A program made the position numbers and the translations under genes. From Candidatus Poribacteria bacterium (GTDB lineage Bacteria > Poribacteria > WGA-4E > WGA-3G), in NCBI GenBank assembly GCA_965214095.1, contig OZ243938.1:2688001-2752000 (forward strand): DNA of 64,000 nt, read 5' to 3'. Position 1 is the first letter of the stretch; each line of letters starts with the position of its first letter. Positions 10,809-20,004 of the stretch are shown piece by piece. The notes under the pieces are model-generated. The model made no database searches. It saw only the letters and a list, made by a program, of their open reading frames with translations, and was not told where the DNA came from.

Positions 10809-11894
10809 ATGGCAGATTATGAAGATAAAGGATCACAAATCCGAGTGACAAACCTTGACGCTTACCCAATGGGTGAGAAGGCTTATGTAAAGATTGAAAC
10901 AAACATGGACGTTACTGGATGGGGTGAAATCAACAACATGGAGACGAATGTCACCTGTGCGTTGGCACGTTCCCTATCTGAACTGATCATGAATGAAAAC
11001 CCAACCCGCATTGAACATCATTGGCAACGGATGTATCGTGCCTATCGTAATATTCGCGGTGGCGGATTGATGGTGCATACAATCTCCGCTATTGATATGG
11101 CGTTGTGGGATATTGCTGGAAAACTATGGGGGGTGCCGGTCTATCGTCTCTTAGGAGGACCCTGTCGAGATAAAATATGGAAATATCCGAGTCCGAAGGC
11201 GATCAAAACTGGCGGAGGCGGCACAAAATCGTTTGCAGGAACACCTGATGAAATCGCAAGTATGGTGCAACGTGTCCGGGATGCTCGGGAAAAGGTCGGT
11301 TCGGATGGGGCAGTGATGTATGATGCACATAGCTGCATGCCACCACCTGTGGTCAAACAATTTGCAGGACACCTCAAATCCGATGATCTACTATTTCTTG
11401 AAGAAGCATGGGTTCCCGGAAACATTGAAGTGATGCGTAGGGTGCGGGAATTTGTCCCTGTTCCATTAGCAACCGGAGAACGTGACCGCACAATTTGGGA
11501 AGTACGTGAAATTCTTGAAGCACAAGTTATTGACATACTTCAACCTGATGTTGGACACGGTGGCGGTATCACCCAAGTCAAGAAAGTCGCTGCACTCGCA
11601 GAAGCACACCACGTCCCGATAGCACCGCACTGCACCATGTCCTATCTCGGTCTTACGGCAAGTTTCCACCTATCTGCATCCGTGCCGTTCTTCCTCATCC
11701 ACGAAGCGTATGAAAGCCGACTACCAGCTCACAAGACATGGGAGATGGATGATGAAGGTTATGTGTCACTACCAGAAGGTCCAGGTTTAGGGGTTGAAGT
11801 AGATGAGGCAAAGGTTATTGAAATTAGCAAACAAGGACATAAGTTCAATTGGCCGAACGCTCGCTTAGCAGACGGCTCTGTTGCTGACTATTAG
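10809..11894 (+). CDS. Mandelate racemase/muconate lactonizing enzyme family (DgoD-like acid-sugar dehydratase)
   Basis: SAIDMALWDIAGK..VPVYRLLGG, DAH, EE, ATGER, QPD, APH. Confidence 0.9.
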   Translation: MADYEDKGSQIRVTNLDAYPMGEKAYVKIETNMDVTGWGEINNMETNVTCALARSLSELIMNENPTRIEHHWQRMYRAYRNIRGGGLMVHTISAIDMALWDIAGKLWGVPVYRLLGGPCRDKIWKYPSPKAIKTGGGGTKSFAGTPDEIASMVQRVRDAREKVGSDGAVMYDAHSCMPPPVVKQFAGHLKSDDLLFLEEAWVPGNIEVMRRVREFVPVPLATGERDRTIWEVREILEAQVIDILQPDVGHGGGITQVKKVAALAEAHHVPIAPHCTMSYLGLTASFHLSASVPFFLIHEAYESRLPAHKTWEMDDEGYVSLPEGPGLGVEVDEAKVIEISKQGHKFNWPNARLADGSVADY

Positions 11895-11909
11895 TGCGTT
11901 TCTCACTTC

Positions 11910-12022
11910 TTGTTGGAGGGGTTTCTAACCCCGATGCTACAGGTTTATTGTAGCACGGGGTCTCTGTGCCCATCATATCAAATAGACAGAAATTACGACA
12001 GGGTACAGAGACCCCATCCTAC
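11910..12022. repeat. REP cluster between convergent genes (gttggaggggtttctaaccccga; ggtctctgtgccc / gggtacagagacccc)
   Basis: Related copies at 63207-63277 (inverted pair), 8927-8985 and 38646-38670. Confidence 0.7.
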
Positions 12023-12057
12023 AATGAAGTTGGATTTCTGATGTGAATAAGGTTTAA

Positions 12058-12561
12058 CTATTTCTGTGAGACACTGTTGCTTTCACTCATCTTCGTCATC
12101 AACGATTCCAGACCATATCCTTGATGTGGTGAATTGGCGATACCAAAACTTACTGCTGCAAGAACAATGTCCATAAACACTGTTCTCCAACTAACTGTTG
12201 TAATTTGAAATCCAATTATATCGAATAGACTAAACAGAAAATTACCACATCCACAATCTGATATAGGCAATTTCTTTAATATCACATTCGCCAATGCAAC
12301 TGCAAATATCAGAAAAAGGAAGGATGACAATATACCTGCACCTCGCGAAAAATAGCCAATGATTAATACCAAACCCAAAGTGATCTCAGCAGAAACAAGC
12401 AGATAACTTATAGGTTTGATAAATCCTGTCGGTAACATCTGATAACTGTCTACATTGACAATAAAAGCACCGAAATTTGAAAGTTTCGCAATTCCAGCAA
12501 AAAGCAGAATTGCACCAAGCAATATTCGTAGACACGTTATCAACATTGATAAAATTGTCAT
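12058..12561 (-). CDS. MauE/DoxX family membrane protein
   Basis: RILLGAILLFAGIAKL, AEITLG, DCGCG motif; likely start MTILSM overlapping the rhodanese stop (ATGA). Confidence 0.85.
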   Translation of the reverse strand: MTILSMLITCLRILLGAILLFAGIAKLSNFGAFIVNVDSYQMLPTGFIKPISYLLVSAEITLGLVLIIGYFSRGAGILSSFLFLIFAVALANVILKKLPISDCGCGNFLFSLFDIIGFQITTVSWRTVFMDIVLAAVSFGIANSPHQGYGLESLMTKMSESNSVSQK

Positions 12562-13055
12562 TCTGTTTTTAATGGGTATCCTAATGCCAACCAACCTCTC
12601 AAACCGCGCGGAAAAAAACGGACGTTTTGATAGCCATGTCCTAACAGCACATTCATCAACTGATAGGCGTTTGGACATGTAATACTGCCACAATATGTAA
12701 TCAATGGTGTTTCTTTATCTGTTGGTAAATCTTGTAAGTACAGTACAATTCGGTTTATAGGTACATTTATTGCACCTGGAATGTGTCCTCGTCTAAAATG
12801 TGCAGTAGAACGCGCATCCACGAATACAGCCTGTTTCTGTTTCCATATCTTGTGGACTGCTGGGAAATCAACTTGAAGGGTTGGATAACTTTGGACGTGT
12901 TGGGTAGTAGAAAGAAGTCCAAACCCGTCTGCTCCCCAAATCGTTAAGGCACCAAAACTGATCCATATACAGATGATTAGCAATTCCTTGATAATAGCGC
13001 GAAAAGTTCTGTGGTCAGAGTTGTTTTCTTGGGATTGCTTTAGAATGTTATACAT
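12558..13055 (-). CDS. Rhodanese-like domain protein with N-terminal TM
   Basis: FVDARS..F..GHIPGAINVP, ITYCGSITCPNA; probable start MYNILK. Confidence 0.88.
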   Translation of the reverse strand: MYNILKQSQENNSDHRTFRAIIKELLIICIWISFGALTIWGADGFGLLSTTQHVQSYPTLQVDFPAVHKIWKQKQAVFVDARSTAHFRRGHIPGAINVPINRIVLYLQDLPTDKETPLITYCGSITCPNAYQLMNVLLGHGYQNVRFFPRGLRGWLALGYPLKTE

Positions 13056-13774
13056 TATTTTCGCTTGAGTTGTGCCCAAGTTGAAGTCACTTTTTCTTCT
13101 GGAATAACGTTTTGCGCAGAAATGGTAAATGAATCTACCCAACCATTTCCAACCCATTCATTGGCAATATTGATACCTTCTACAACAAATCCAAGTGTAT
13201 CAATACGGTTGAAGTTCCGATCTCGGAATTTTGCTCGGAATTCACCATCCGCGAACAGAACAAATAAACCAGAATTAAAATGTAACTCCATCGTATTCAA
13301 TTCATCTGTTTCCCACCGAGTGCGAGGTTCTCTGGACAATCGACTATGAAAAGGATGACTATTCCCTTTACCATTAAAACGTCTTGCTCTAATTTCATCT
13401 GTGAAAAACACATAAAAAAACGGGTCTTCTGTTGGTGTGTCAGGAAAACGCCGTCCAACGCAAAAACCGAGACGTATTTTATCTCCACCGATATCCTTTA
13501 TAATGATAGAAAAGTCTCTATACGGGGTTGGAAACGCTGTAAGTTGATAAAGCTCGTATTGAACTGCCCAATCCCGATCCACCGTAATACGCAGAAATCC
13601 ATCTTCAACTTTCCACACATCATCGTTGCCTACGATGTTCCAAGCGTCTGGATTATCGGTGTCAAAGTCATCGTGCCAGATATCTGCAGATGCCGACACC
13701 ACACTGCTGACTATGATCATCATGAGGGTAATTATTCTAAAGATGGTTTGCATCATAATTCTGTTTCTGACCAC
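13055..13774 (-). CDS. Secreted ConA/DUF1080-like paralog 7 with C-terminal TW.xLK motif
   Basis: Signal peptide; WHDDFD..W.VEDGFL; ends EEKVTSTWAQLKRK. Confidence 0.75.
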   Translation of the reverse strand: MVRNRIMMQTIFRIITLMMIIVSSVVSASADIWHDDFDTDNPDAWNIVGNDDVWKVEDGFLRITVDRDWAVQYELYQLTAFPTPYRDFSIIIKDIGGDKIRLGFCVGRRFPDTPTEDPFFYVFFTDEIRARRFNGKGNSHPFHSRLSREPRTRWETDELNTMELHFNSGLFVLFADGEFRAKFRDRNFNRIDTLGFVVEGINIANEWVGNGWVDSFTISAQNVIPEEKVTSTWAQLKRK

Positions 13775-13890
13775 GGTAGACGAGGTTTCCTAACATCGTC
13801 TATGCAAAACGTTTAATTCTAAAGTCTACTATAGTTGAGAATTCCAACTATTTGCTATACGAAGATCGCTCGGACAGCTTATGTATTAAC

Positions 13891-14652
13891 TTATCTTGGT
13901 GATTCATCTAAACTGATTTTTATGCAATCGTACCAACGGTTAGTTCGCTTTCCCTTCCGACTGATTACGCCTGGTTTTCTCTCAACAGGAAAACCGAAAT
14001 CTCCATCTTTTTGTATTAAGACATGCCAGTCAGGTGGAAACCAAGTGCGTAGAGTTCTGCAATGGACTTCAAGACTTTCACCTTGCCATCCACCAATTTT
14101 GTAATACATAGGACAGACCCATCGTTCTCTCCCTCGTGAATATCGCCGCCATCCCATCACAGAAGCTTGTGCTCGGATTATGTTGCCATCACGCCAGTGA
14201 CGTTCAATCCCACTCCAAGGATAGCCTGTCGTTCCGCCACCAGAACTAATCTCACTCCAACCGAGGTCATCCTGAAGTGTGATATAAGAGACATCAGTAC
14301 CCCAAGGTGTTTCATCGCCCGCAAATCCCCATTTCTGTCGTCTATACCAGTGTAATGCTCCATCAATACTTGACTTAGATACTACCGCATTTTCAATGGT
14401 TTCTACGATGTCAAATTGACCTCTATTGTTGTAGGGATTATGAACACCTTGGCAAAGCGTTAAGGAGTTTATTTCAGGTCCGAACCACTTACGGTTTTTG
14501 CCGGGTGTTCGATAATATGCCCCTGATGCAGCAGGTTCCGCGCGTTCCCCAGGATTCAACTTCGCCTTCGCAAAAGTACTCCAGAACCCAACGCCTAAAA
14601 CAACGAATAGCAAAAACACATCAAAGATTAGGTCTAAATTCTTCCGTAACAT
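13891..14652 (-). CDS. Orphan secreted Trp/Gly/Arg-rich protein with 4 Cys
   Basis: 253-aa ORF with signal peptide, co-oriented in the cluster; no family recognised. Confidence 0.7.
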   Translation of the reverse strand: MLRKNLDLIFDVFLLFVVLGVGFWSTFAKAKLNPGERAEPAASGAYYRTPGKNRKWFGPEINSLTLCQGVHNPYNNRGQFDIVETIENAVVSKSSIDGALHWYRRQKWGFAGDETPWGTDVSYITLQDDLGWSEISSGGGTTGYPWSGIERHWRDGNIIRAQASVMGWRRYSRGRERWVCPMYYKIGGWQGESLEVHCRTLRTWFPPDWHVLIQKDGDFGFPVERKPGVISRKGKRTNRWYDCIKISLDESPR

Positions 14653-14671
14653 TATTCCCTTATTTTATGAA

Positions 14672-15364
14672 CTATTCCTGCTTCAAATTTCCCCAGATAG
14701 TTGTTAGTTTGTTTTTAGGTGATACTGCCAAACCAGATATGGTAATCTTCTCCACCCAGGCATCATCCGTAATCTCTCTATCTGTAACATAAGCAACGAA
14801 CACAAAGCCGATAATATCAATTGTTGATAAGTTCGCGTCAATAAAATCCAAGCGAGCGTCTCCATCACCGAACAATTGAAATCTTCCACTGTCAAATTGA
14901 AGCACCATCTCGTTGAGCACGTCAGTAGGCCAACGTCTGCCAGGTCCGAGGAACACTTTACCATTTCTTGACGCTTGCATATCGTTTGTGAAAAACAGGT
15001 AATATCCAGTTTCCTCAACTTCTCCAGTGTCATTTAAGAAGTGTTTTCCAAGTGCTATACCGATTCTGCTCTCACCAGATGTGCCAATGTTTTCTATATC
15101 AATCGTAATGGTATTATATGGTCCGGGGAATGCTATAAATTGATAAAATTCAAATAGTGTTTGCCACTGTTTCTGCGTATTAATTCTTGCTCTTAAGAAA
15201 CCTTGTTCAATCTGCCAGATAGAATCGCTACCCTGAAGTTGCCAACTATCCTCTAATTCAATCTCAAAATCATCTTGCCATGTAACAGCATTAGCATTTC
15301 CTTGTAAAACAAGTAAGGCAATAATCGTGAGGAGTATTATCAAAATGTTTACACTGTCTTTCAT
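14672..15364 (-). CDS. Secreted ConA/DUF1080-like paralog 6
   Basis: WQDDFE..WQIEQGFL; ends VSPKNKLTTIWGNLKQE. Confidence 0.8.
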   Translation of the reverse strand: MKDSVNILIILLTIIALLVLQGNANAVTWQDDFEIELEDSWQLQGSDSIWQIEQGFLRARINTQKQWQTLFEFYQFIAFPGPYNTITIDIENIGTSGESRIGIALGKHFLNDTGEVEETGYYLFFTNDMQASRNGKVFLGPGRRWPTDVLNEMVLQFDSGRFQLFGDGDARLDFIDANLSTIDIIGFVFVAYVTDREITDDAWVEKITISGLAVSPKNKLTTIWGNLKQE

Positions 15365-15431
15365 GTCATGTCTATCTTCTGTATCTTCTGTTAGTTAATT
15401 TGATGATTTTGCTTCTATTTTCTCTTATGAT

Positions 15432-15875
15432 TTAGACTGTTGCTGGGTCAACTGCTACTATTCTCTTAGAGTTGTAGCGTGCAAAGTCGGATGTATTGAA
15501 AGTCAGGATATGTGTCACTCCATGAACCAACATCGTAGCGACTAACCGCGCATCGTGAACCTGTACACCAGATACACCATAGTTAACGACAAGTTCTCGC
15601 CATTCAGCATATACGCCAGGTGAATCGGGAAGTAAAGGAAAAGTAGATTCTAAATCATGCAAAAGATCGTCTGTTTCCACCAAAGTGAGTCCCAAACCGT
15701 TTCTATCAATGGGACGAGTCGAGACGTTCCAAAATTCAGCGAAATTTTGCATTGTCGTCTGTAATAGATCCTTTTTATTTTTCAATTTGTTTACACATGA
15801 TCTAACAAGTCTGTATCGTTCATCGGATCGGTGTGCAATCCGTAATAAGATGTTTGTATCAACAAGATAAATCAT
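15432..15875 (-). CDS. vapC: PIN-domain (VapC-like) toxin
   Basis: YLVDTNILLR, EFWNV.TRP..NGLG, QVHDARLVA, LTFN.DF. Confidence 0.9.
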   Translation of the reverse strand: MIYLVDTNILLRIAHRSDERYRLVRSCVNKLKNKKDLLQTTMQNFAEFWNVSTRPIDRNGLGLTLVETDDLLHDLESTFPLLPDSPGVYAEWRELVVNYGVSGVQVHDARLVATMLVHGVTHILTFNTSDFARYNSKRIVAVDPATV

Positions 15876-15877
15876 AC

Positions 15878-16153
15878 TTATAAATGATCTTCGTATATTC
15901 CTTCGCGACTCAGCGCGTAATCGGACAAGGGTGGAACATCCGGTCCAACATATTTCATGAACTTTTCTGCTAATTGATCCAACTTTGCCTCAAATTCCTC
16001 AACAGAAAGTGATGGGTTCTCATTCATTAACACATCCACCGTTGGTTCAACTGCATCTACTAACAAATGCCGTACAGCATCTTTATCTCCATTTGATATA
16101 TTTTCGTTTAACCGTTTCTCAATATCTGGTGGAATATAAACTGTAATTGTCAT
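15878..16153 (-). CDS. Cognate antitoxin
   Basis: Small gene directly upstream of the PIN gene; C-terminal PLSDYALSREGIYEDH typical of such antitoxins. Confidence 0.75.
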   Translation of the reverse strand: MTITVYIPPDIEKRLNENISNGDKDAVRHLLVDAVEPTVDVLMNENPSLSVEEFEAKLDQLAEKFMKYVGPDVPPLSDYALSREGIYEDHL

Positions 16154-16208
16154 TTACTCAACCTCCATATTGCTGAAAATTATCTTATAAATAGCACACA
16201 CCTTGTGT

Positions 16209-18308
16209 CTACTGCTTTGCAAATGGTGTTCCATCCGCTTTTCCAAGATAGATCGAATGTGTATCATCACTGCAAAACGGAATCGTTACCTGCTTTTGAA
16301 TATGAACGCGTTGATATGTTTGTGTCTCTTTATCAAATACCGATTGGACCACACGGATATGTAAATTATAACGTTCCTGTGTCAAATTTGTAAACGCAAA
16401 TCTGCCTTGTGCATCGGACTCTGTTTCAAAACGGTCTAATGTTAATGACATATCGTATCGGCTTAATTCCCACGGATACCAAGAGCGAGAAATCAAGGCA
16501 TTTTTCACAGGTTCACCGGTGTCCGTCCAAAGCACTTGTCCATATAAAGCAACCGTAGGTCTGTCTGCTACAATCAACACCTCATTACCATTTGCAGATG
16601 CTTTCACATCAGTTTCGGTTGCAGCAAAGCGGTTTCCTACAATATAGAGTTTATACTTTTCTTCAAACAGACCATCTAAGACAAATGACGTTTCTGTCAC
16701 TGGAAATCGTTTTGACAGCAAAGGTCTGTTCAATACCAATGGATTTAACGTTGACTCCATTTCGGCATCTTCAGGGAACACCTTCACCTCATAATACCCA
16801 TCAATAGGAACATTCTGCGGGAGAATAACACGCCCCTTAACAGCAAACCCTTTTTCAAGTGCAATAATCAGAGGTTCATTGTCAATCTCTATGATCGGAT
16901 GTACTCTTGTCAGATAACCTTTTTTTGATACCTCTATGGAAAGCAAATGTGGTTTTGTGTCTATTAACGGAATTTGAAAAGTGCCGTTTGCATCCGTTTG
17001 CGTCATTGCTAAGAGAACACGGTGTCCGTTAGGGTTTTCACTACGACGTGCTACATAGAGACTCGCATCTGTAATAGGACGTTGCTGTGTATCAACGACT
17101 CTACCGTCTAATATCTTTGTTTTTGGCAAGCGGATTTTAATCGGTTTTTTATGCTGTGGGTTGACCGCCTCTAAAAATGCAATGGTAACATTATTTCGGG
17201 AAATTGTCAAACTGTATTCAATCGGATGGAGTTCTGAGAAGACGAAATTACCTTCTGCATCGGTTTGAACAGTGTGTTCAGGTTGTGCACCAGAGCGAAA
17301 GAAATCACTGGGTTTGTTGTGCATCTTTATCTGCACTGTGAGTCCTCCAACTGTGTAATCTGGTTTTGACTTTTGGACCTTACCTTGTAGTGACAGAAAT
17401 GGTTTCAGTTCAAGTTCGCCTAATGCATATTCAAATTTCTCAGGAGACATATCCCATCGCCAATGGTGCGTTTGATACCGTGGATGCGATGCAATGAGCG
17501 TGAATCCATAATAGGTATCGGAATCATTCGGTATTGTTAGATGGAATTCTCCGTTTGTGTCTGTTTTTGTCTGGTGTGCAAAAGTGCTGTCAGGATAAAC
17601 GGTATCCCTCACTTCAGATGCCGCGTTGATGCTGACTCCTGAGATGTGGAACCCGCTCTCTGCATCAAGGAAAACACCTGAGAGATATGCCCCCGGTTTC
17701 AAAAATACTCCCACACCACCAACATGACTATTCGGATAAATCTTCACCAGAGGTGCTTCGGACATAGCAAAAACATATCCATCAAAAGCATCAATAATGA
17801 CGTACCGGCCCGACAACAGATTTTTGACCTCAAAATATCCGTTAGATACCTCACCTTGGTATGTCCTTTCTATTCGTTCCTTGTCATGTGTGAGCAGGCC
17901 AATCTGGACTTTACCCGTAATTGACAACGGGAGTTTACTAACGGCATCAAGCAGGAAACCTGAAACGGTTCCTGTGCCTTCAATCACAAAATCGGCTTTA
18001 ATTTCGGTTTCTGAAGTGACCGTAATTTCACGTTGTGAAAGTAGTGCGCTGAAGTGTCGGACTTGAACATCCCAAGTGCCAGCAGGAAGGTTTGTGAGCG
18101 AAAATTGCCCACCAGAATCGGTTTTAGCGGCGTAAGTCACCTTGTCTGTTTGTGAAATCGTAGAGACGGTGTACTCTGAGAGTGGGTTGTTCTGTTTATC
18201 TGTTACCTGTCCCTGAATTGTGCCAACATTTTGGGATTGACAGATTCCAATAGAAGTACCAAAACATAGCAGAAGCAAGACGACATAAATAAGGAAAGTG
18301 TTGTACAT
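16209..18308 (-). CDS. Secreted protein with multiple carboxypeptidase-regulatory-like (CnaB/Ig-like) repeats
   Basis: Repeated G.V.D...P / TD..G.F...L motifs; signal peptide. Confidence 0.85.
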   Translation of the reverse strand: MYNTFLIYVVLLLLCFGTSIGICQSQNVGTIQGQVTDKQNNPLSEYTVSTISQTDKVTYAAKTDSGGQFSLTNLPAGTWDVQVRHFSALLSQREITVTSETEIKADFVIEGTGTVSGFLLDAVSKLPLSITGKVQIGLLTHDKERIERTYQGEVSNGYFEVKNLLSGRYVIIDAFDGYVFAMSEAPLVKIYPNSHVGGVGVFLKPGAYLSGVFLDAESGFHISGVSINAASEVRDTVYPDSTFAHQTKTDTNGEFHLTIPNDSDTYYGFTLIASHPRYQTHHWRWDMSPEKFEYALGELELKPFLSLQGKVQKSKPDYTVGGLTVQIKMHNKPSDFFRSGAQPEHTVQTDAEGNFVFSELHPIEYSLTISRNNVTIAFLEAVNPQHKKPIKIRLPKTKILDGRVVDTQQRPITDASLYVARRSENPNGHRVLLAMTQTDANGTFQIPLIDTKPHLLSIEVSKKGYLTRVHPIIEIDNEPLIIALEKGFAVKGRVILPQNVPIDGYYEVKVFPEDAEMESTLNPLVLNRPLLSKRFPVTETSFVLDGLFEEKYKLYIVGNRFAATETDVKASANGNEVLIVADRPTVALYGQVLWTDTGEPVKNALISRSWYPWELSRYDMSLTLDRFETESDAQGRFAFTNLTQERYNLHIRVVQSVFDKETQTYQRVHIQKQVTIPFCSDDTHSIYLGKADGTPFAKQ

Positions 18309-18420
18309 AAGGTTTGCATTTTCTCACTAAGTATAGCATGGACTTAGTATAACTACTGATGTTGCTTGAGTGTTCCCCATGTTGTTGCTAACTTTGTTTG
18401 TGGTGAAACGGATAACCCCC
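18031..18420. repeat. Direct repeat copy 1 (offset 3130 from copy 2)
   Basis: 18031-18279 vs 21161-21409 differ at only 3 positions by eye; weaker similarity extends on both sides. Confidence 0.92.
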
Positions 18421-19240
18421 GTCCCGATATCTTGAATGAATCCACCCATGCATGTCCAACAAGATGAATATCATAACCTGTTACAACAAATCCAATGATT
18501 TCAATTGAAGAAAACCCAGGATCTATAAAGTCTGTCCGTTTTTTACCATTCGCGAACCATTGGAAACGGCCTTTATTGAAATGGATAACCATAGATTCCA
18601 ACTCAAAAGTATTCCAGAAGATGTCAGGATGATGCGGTGCCCGCCAAAATATGAACGAGGCCTCTCCACCCCACCCAGTCAACCGTACTGCTTCTATCCT
18701 GTGTGTTAAAAATAAATAGAAAAAAGGGGCAGGTCCAGGAAAGTTAGGAAATCGCTTCCCAAGTGCAATGCCAAAAGATGCATTATTTGTTCCGATGTCT
18801 TGGACGGTAATGGTAAAGTTTTCATGTCCCGGTTTTTTTATATGTTTCTGAATTTTTTCATCGCCATAGAAAAACTCAAAGTTCTGATAGGGTGGAGGAA
18901 AACCTTTGAATTGTAATACTTCATTTTCTATTATAAAAGGTGTTTGAATCGTTGTTCTTAAAAAGCCTTCCTTTACTTTCCAATCAGAACGATCTCCCCA
19001 AAGATCCCAATCATTTTTTTCCAAAACATCAAAATCATCTTGATAAACTTGAGCGAAAGTGGAATTATTAAAGACACCAAACGAAATAAATAATGTAATA
19101 ACAAGTAAGATACGCATGATACATCTCATTCTACAAATTATCGTAATAGTTACATTTTTCATATATTCGATTTTGATTAGAACCACTTCAAATCTCCCCA
19201 AGTTGTTGTAAGGTGCGTTTCTTGCAACTGGACAGCCCAA
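18353..19240 (-). CDS. Secreted ConA/DUF1080-like paralog 5 (true start probably ~19129-19117)
   Basis: YQDDFDVLEKNDW..WKVKEGFL; ends VSPQTKLATTWGTLKQHQ. Confidence 0.8.
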   Translation of the reverse strand: MGCPVARNAPYNNLGRFEVVLIKIEYMKNVTITIICRMRCIMRILLVITLFISFGVFNNSTFAQVYQDDFDVLEKNDWDLWGDRSDWKVKEGFLRTTIQTPFIIENEVLQFKGFPPPYQNFEFFYGDEKIQKHIKKPGHENFTITVQDIGTNNASFGIALGKRFPNFPGPAPFFYLFLTHRIEAVRLTGWGGEASFIFWRAPHHPDIFWNTFELESMVIHFNKGRFQWFANGKKRTDFIDPGFSSIEIIGFVVTGYDIHLVGHAWVDSFKISGRGLSVSPQTKLATTWGTLKQHQ

Positions 19241-19998
19241 TTCTTGTTAGGAATGCTATCGCCGGAAACCGAGAAACTTGATATGTTTGCCACAAACCAT
19301 TCTCCGCCAAAATGACACGTTATGAGCAATCCTACAACATCAATCTTAGCATATCTATTGTCAACGAATTGGGTTAGCAAAACTCCGTTCGTATACACAC
19401 GGAAATTCCCTGAATTAAAAACAACATTTAGATGCTGGCTAGTCAGTGGGAATTTGTTCCCGTACCTCGCTATCATTCTACCTTTACTAAAATCGTTCTT
19501 TTTCGAAAACGTTGCTTCTCTAATCTCTTCAGGACTGAATATGTACCCTTCAACTGCAAAGTCAACGATGCGGAGTTTTTTCCCAAGAAACAAGCAAATT
19601 TCACCATCGCTATTTGGTCCTTCCTGTACGTAATTCATCTCTACACCAGTCACCTTCAATTTATCAAGTCTAAATTGAAGGGCGTTCCAGTGGAGAAAAT
19701 CAGCAGCAGTATTCTCACATCTTGGGCTGTTCCGCGGTTTACGAATTTGTGAAAAAAGGATACCATCAAAGACTTCCCACTTTGCGTTCCAAATATTGTG
19801 CTCTGCAGTGCGTTCCCATCCGTTAAGTTCATTTCCATCAAACGTGTCTCGCCATGTTCCAGCGGAACTGTGCCTGCACAGAAAGGCACTTAAAAACACT
19901 AAACATAAAAAGGTTTTTATGATTAGCTGTTTTCTATCCACAACAAGATTGAAGAGATTTAAAGACCTACGGAACTCCTTATACACTCTATTTTTCAT
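19177..19998 (-). CDS. Secreted ConA/DUF1080-like paralog 4
   Basis: WRDTFD..LNGWER; ADFLHW; GEICLFLGK; ends LTTTWGDLKWF. Confidence 0.8.
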   Translation of the reverse strand: MKNRVYKEFRRSLNLFNLVVDRKQLIIKTFLCLVFLSAFLCRHSSAGTWRDTFDGNELNGWERTAEHNIWNAKWEVFDGILFSQIRKPRNSPRCENTAADFLHWNALQFRLDKLKVTGVEMNYVQEGPNSDGEICLFLGKKLRIVDFAVEGYIFSPEEIREATFSKKNDFSKGRMIARYGNKFPLTSQHLNVVFNSGNFRVYTNGVLLTQFVDNRYAKIDVVGLLITCHFGGEWFVANISSFSVSGDSIPNKNWAVQLQETHLTTTWGDLKWF

Positions 19999-20004
19999 AA
20001 TAGC

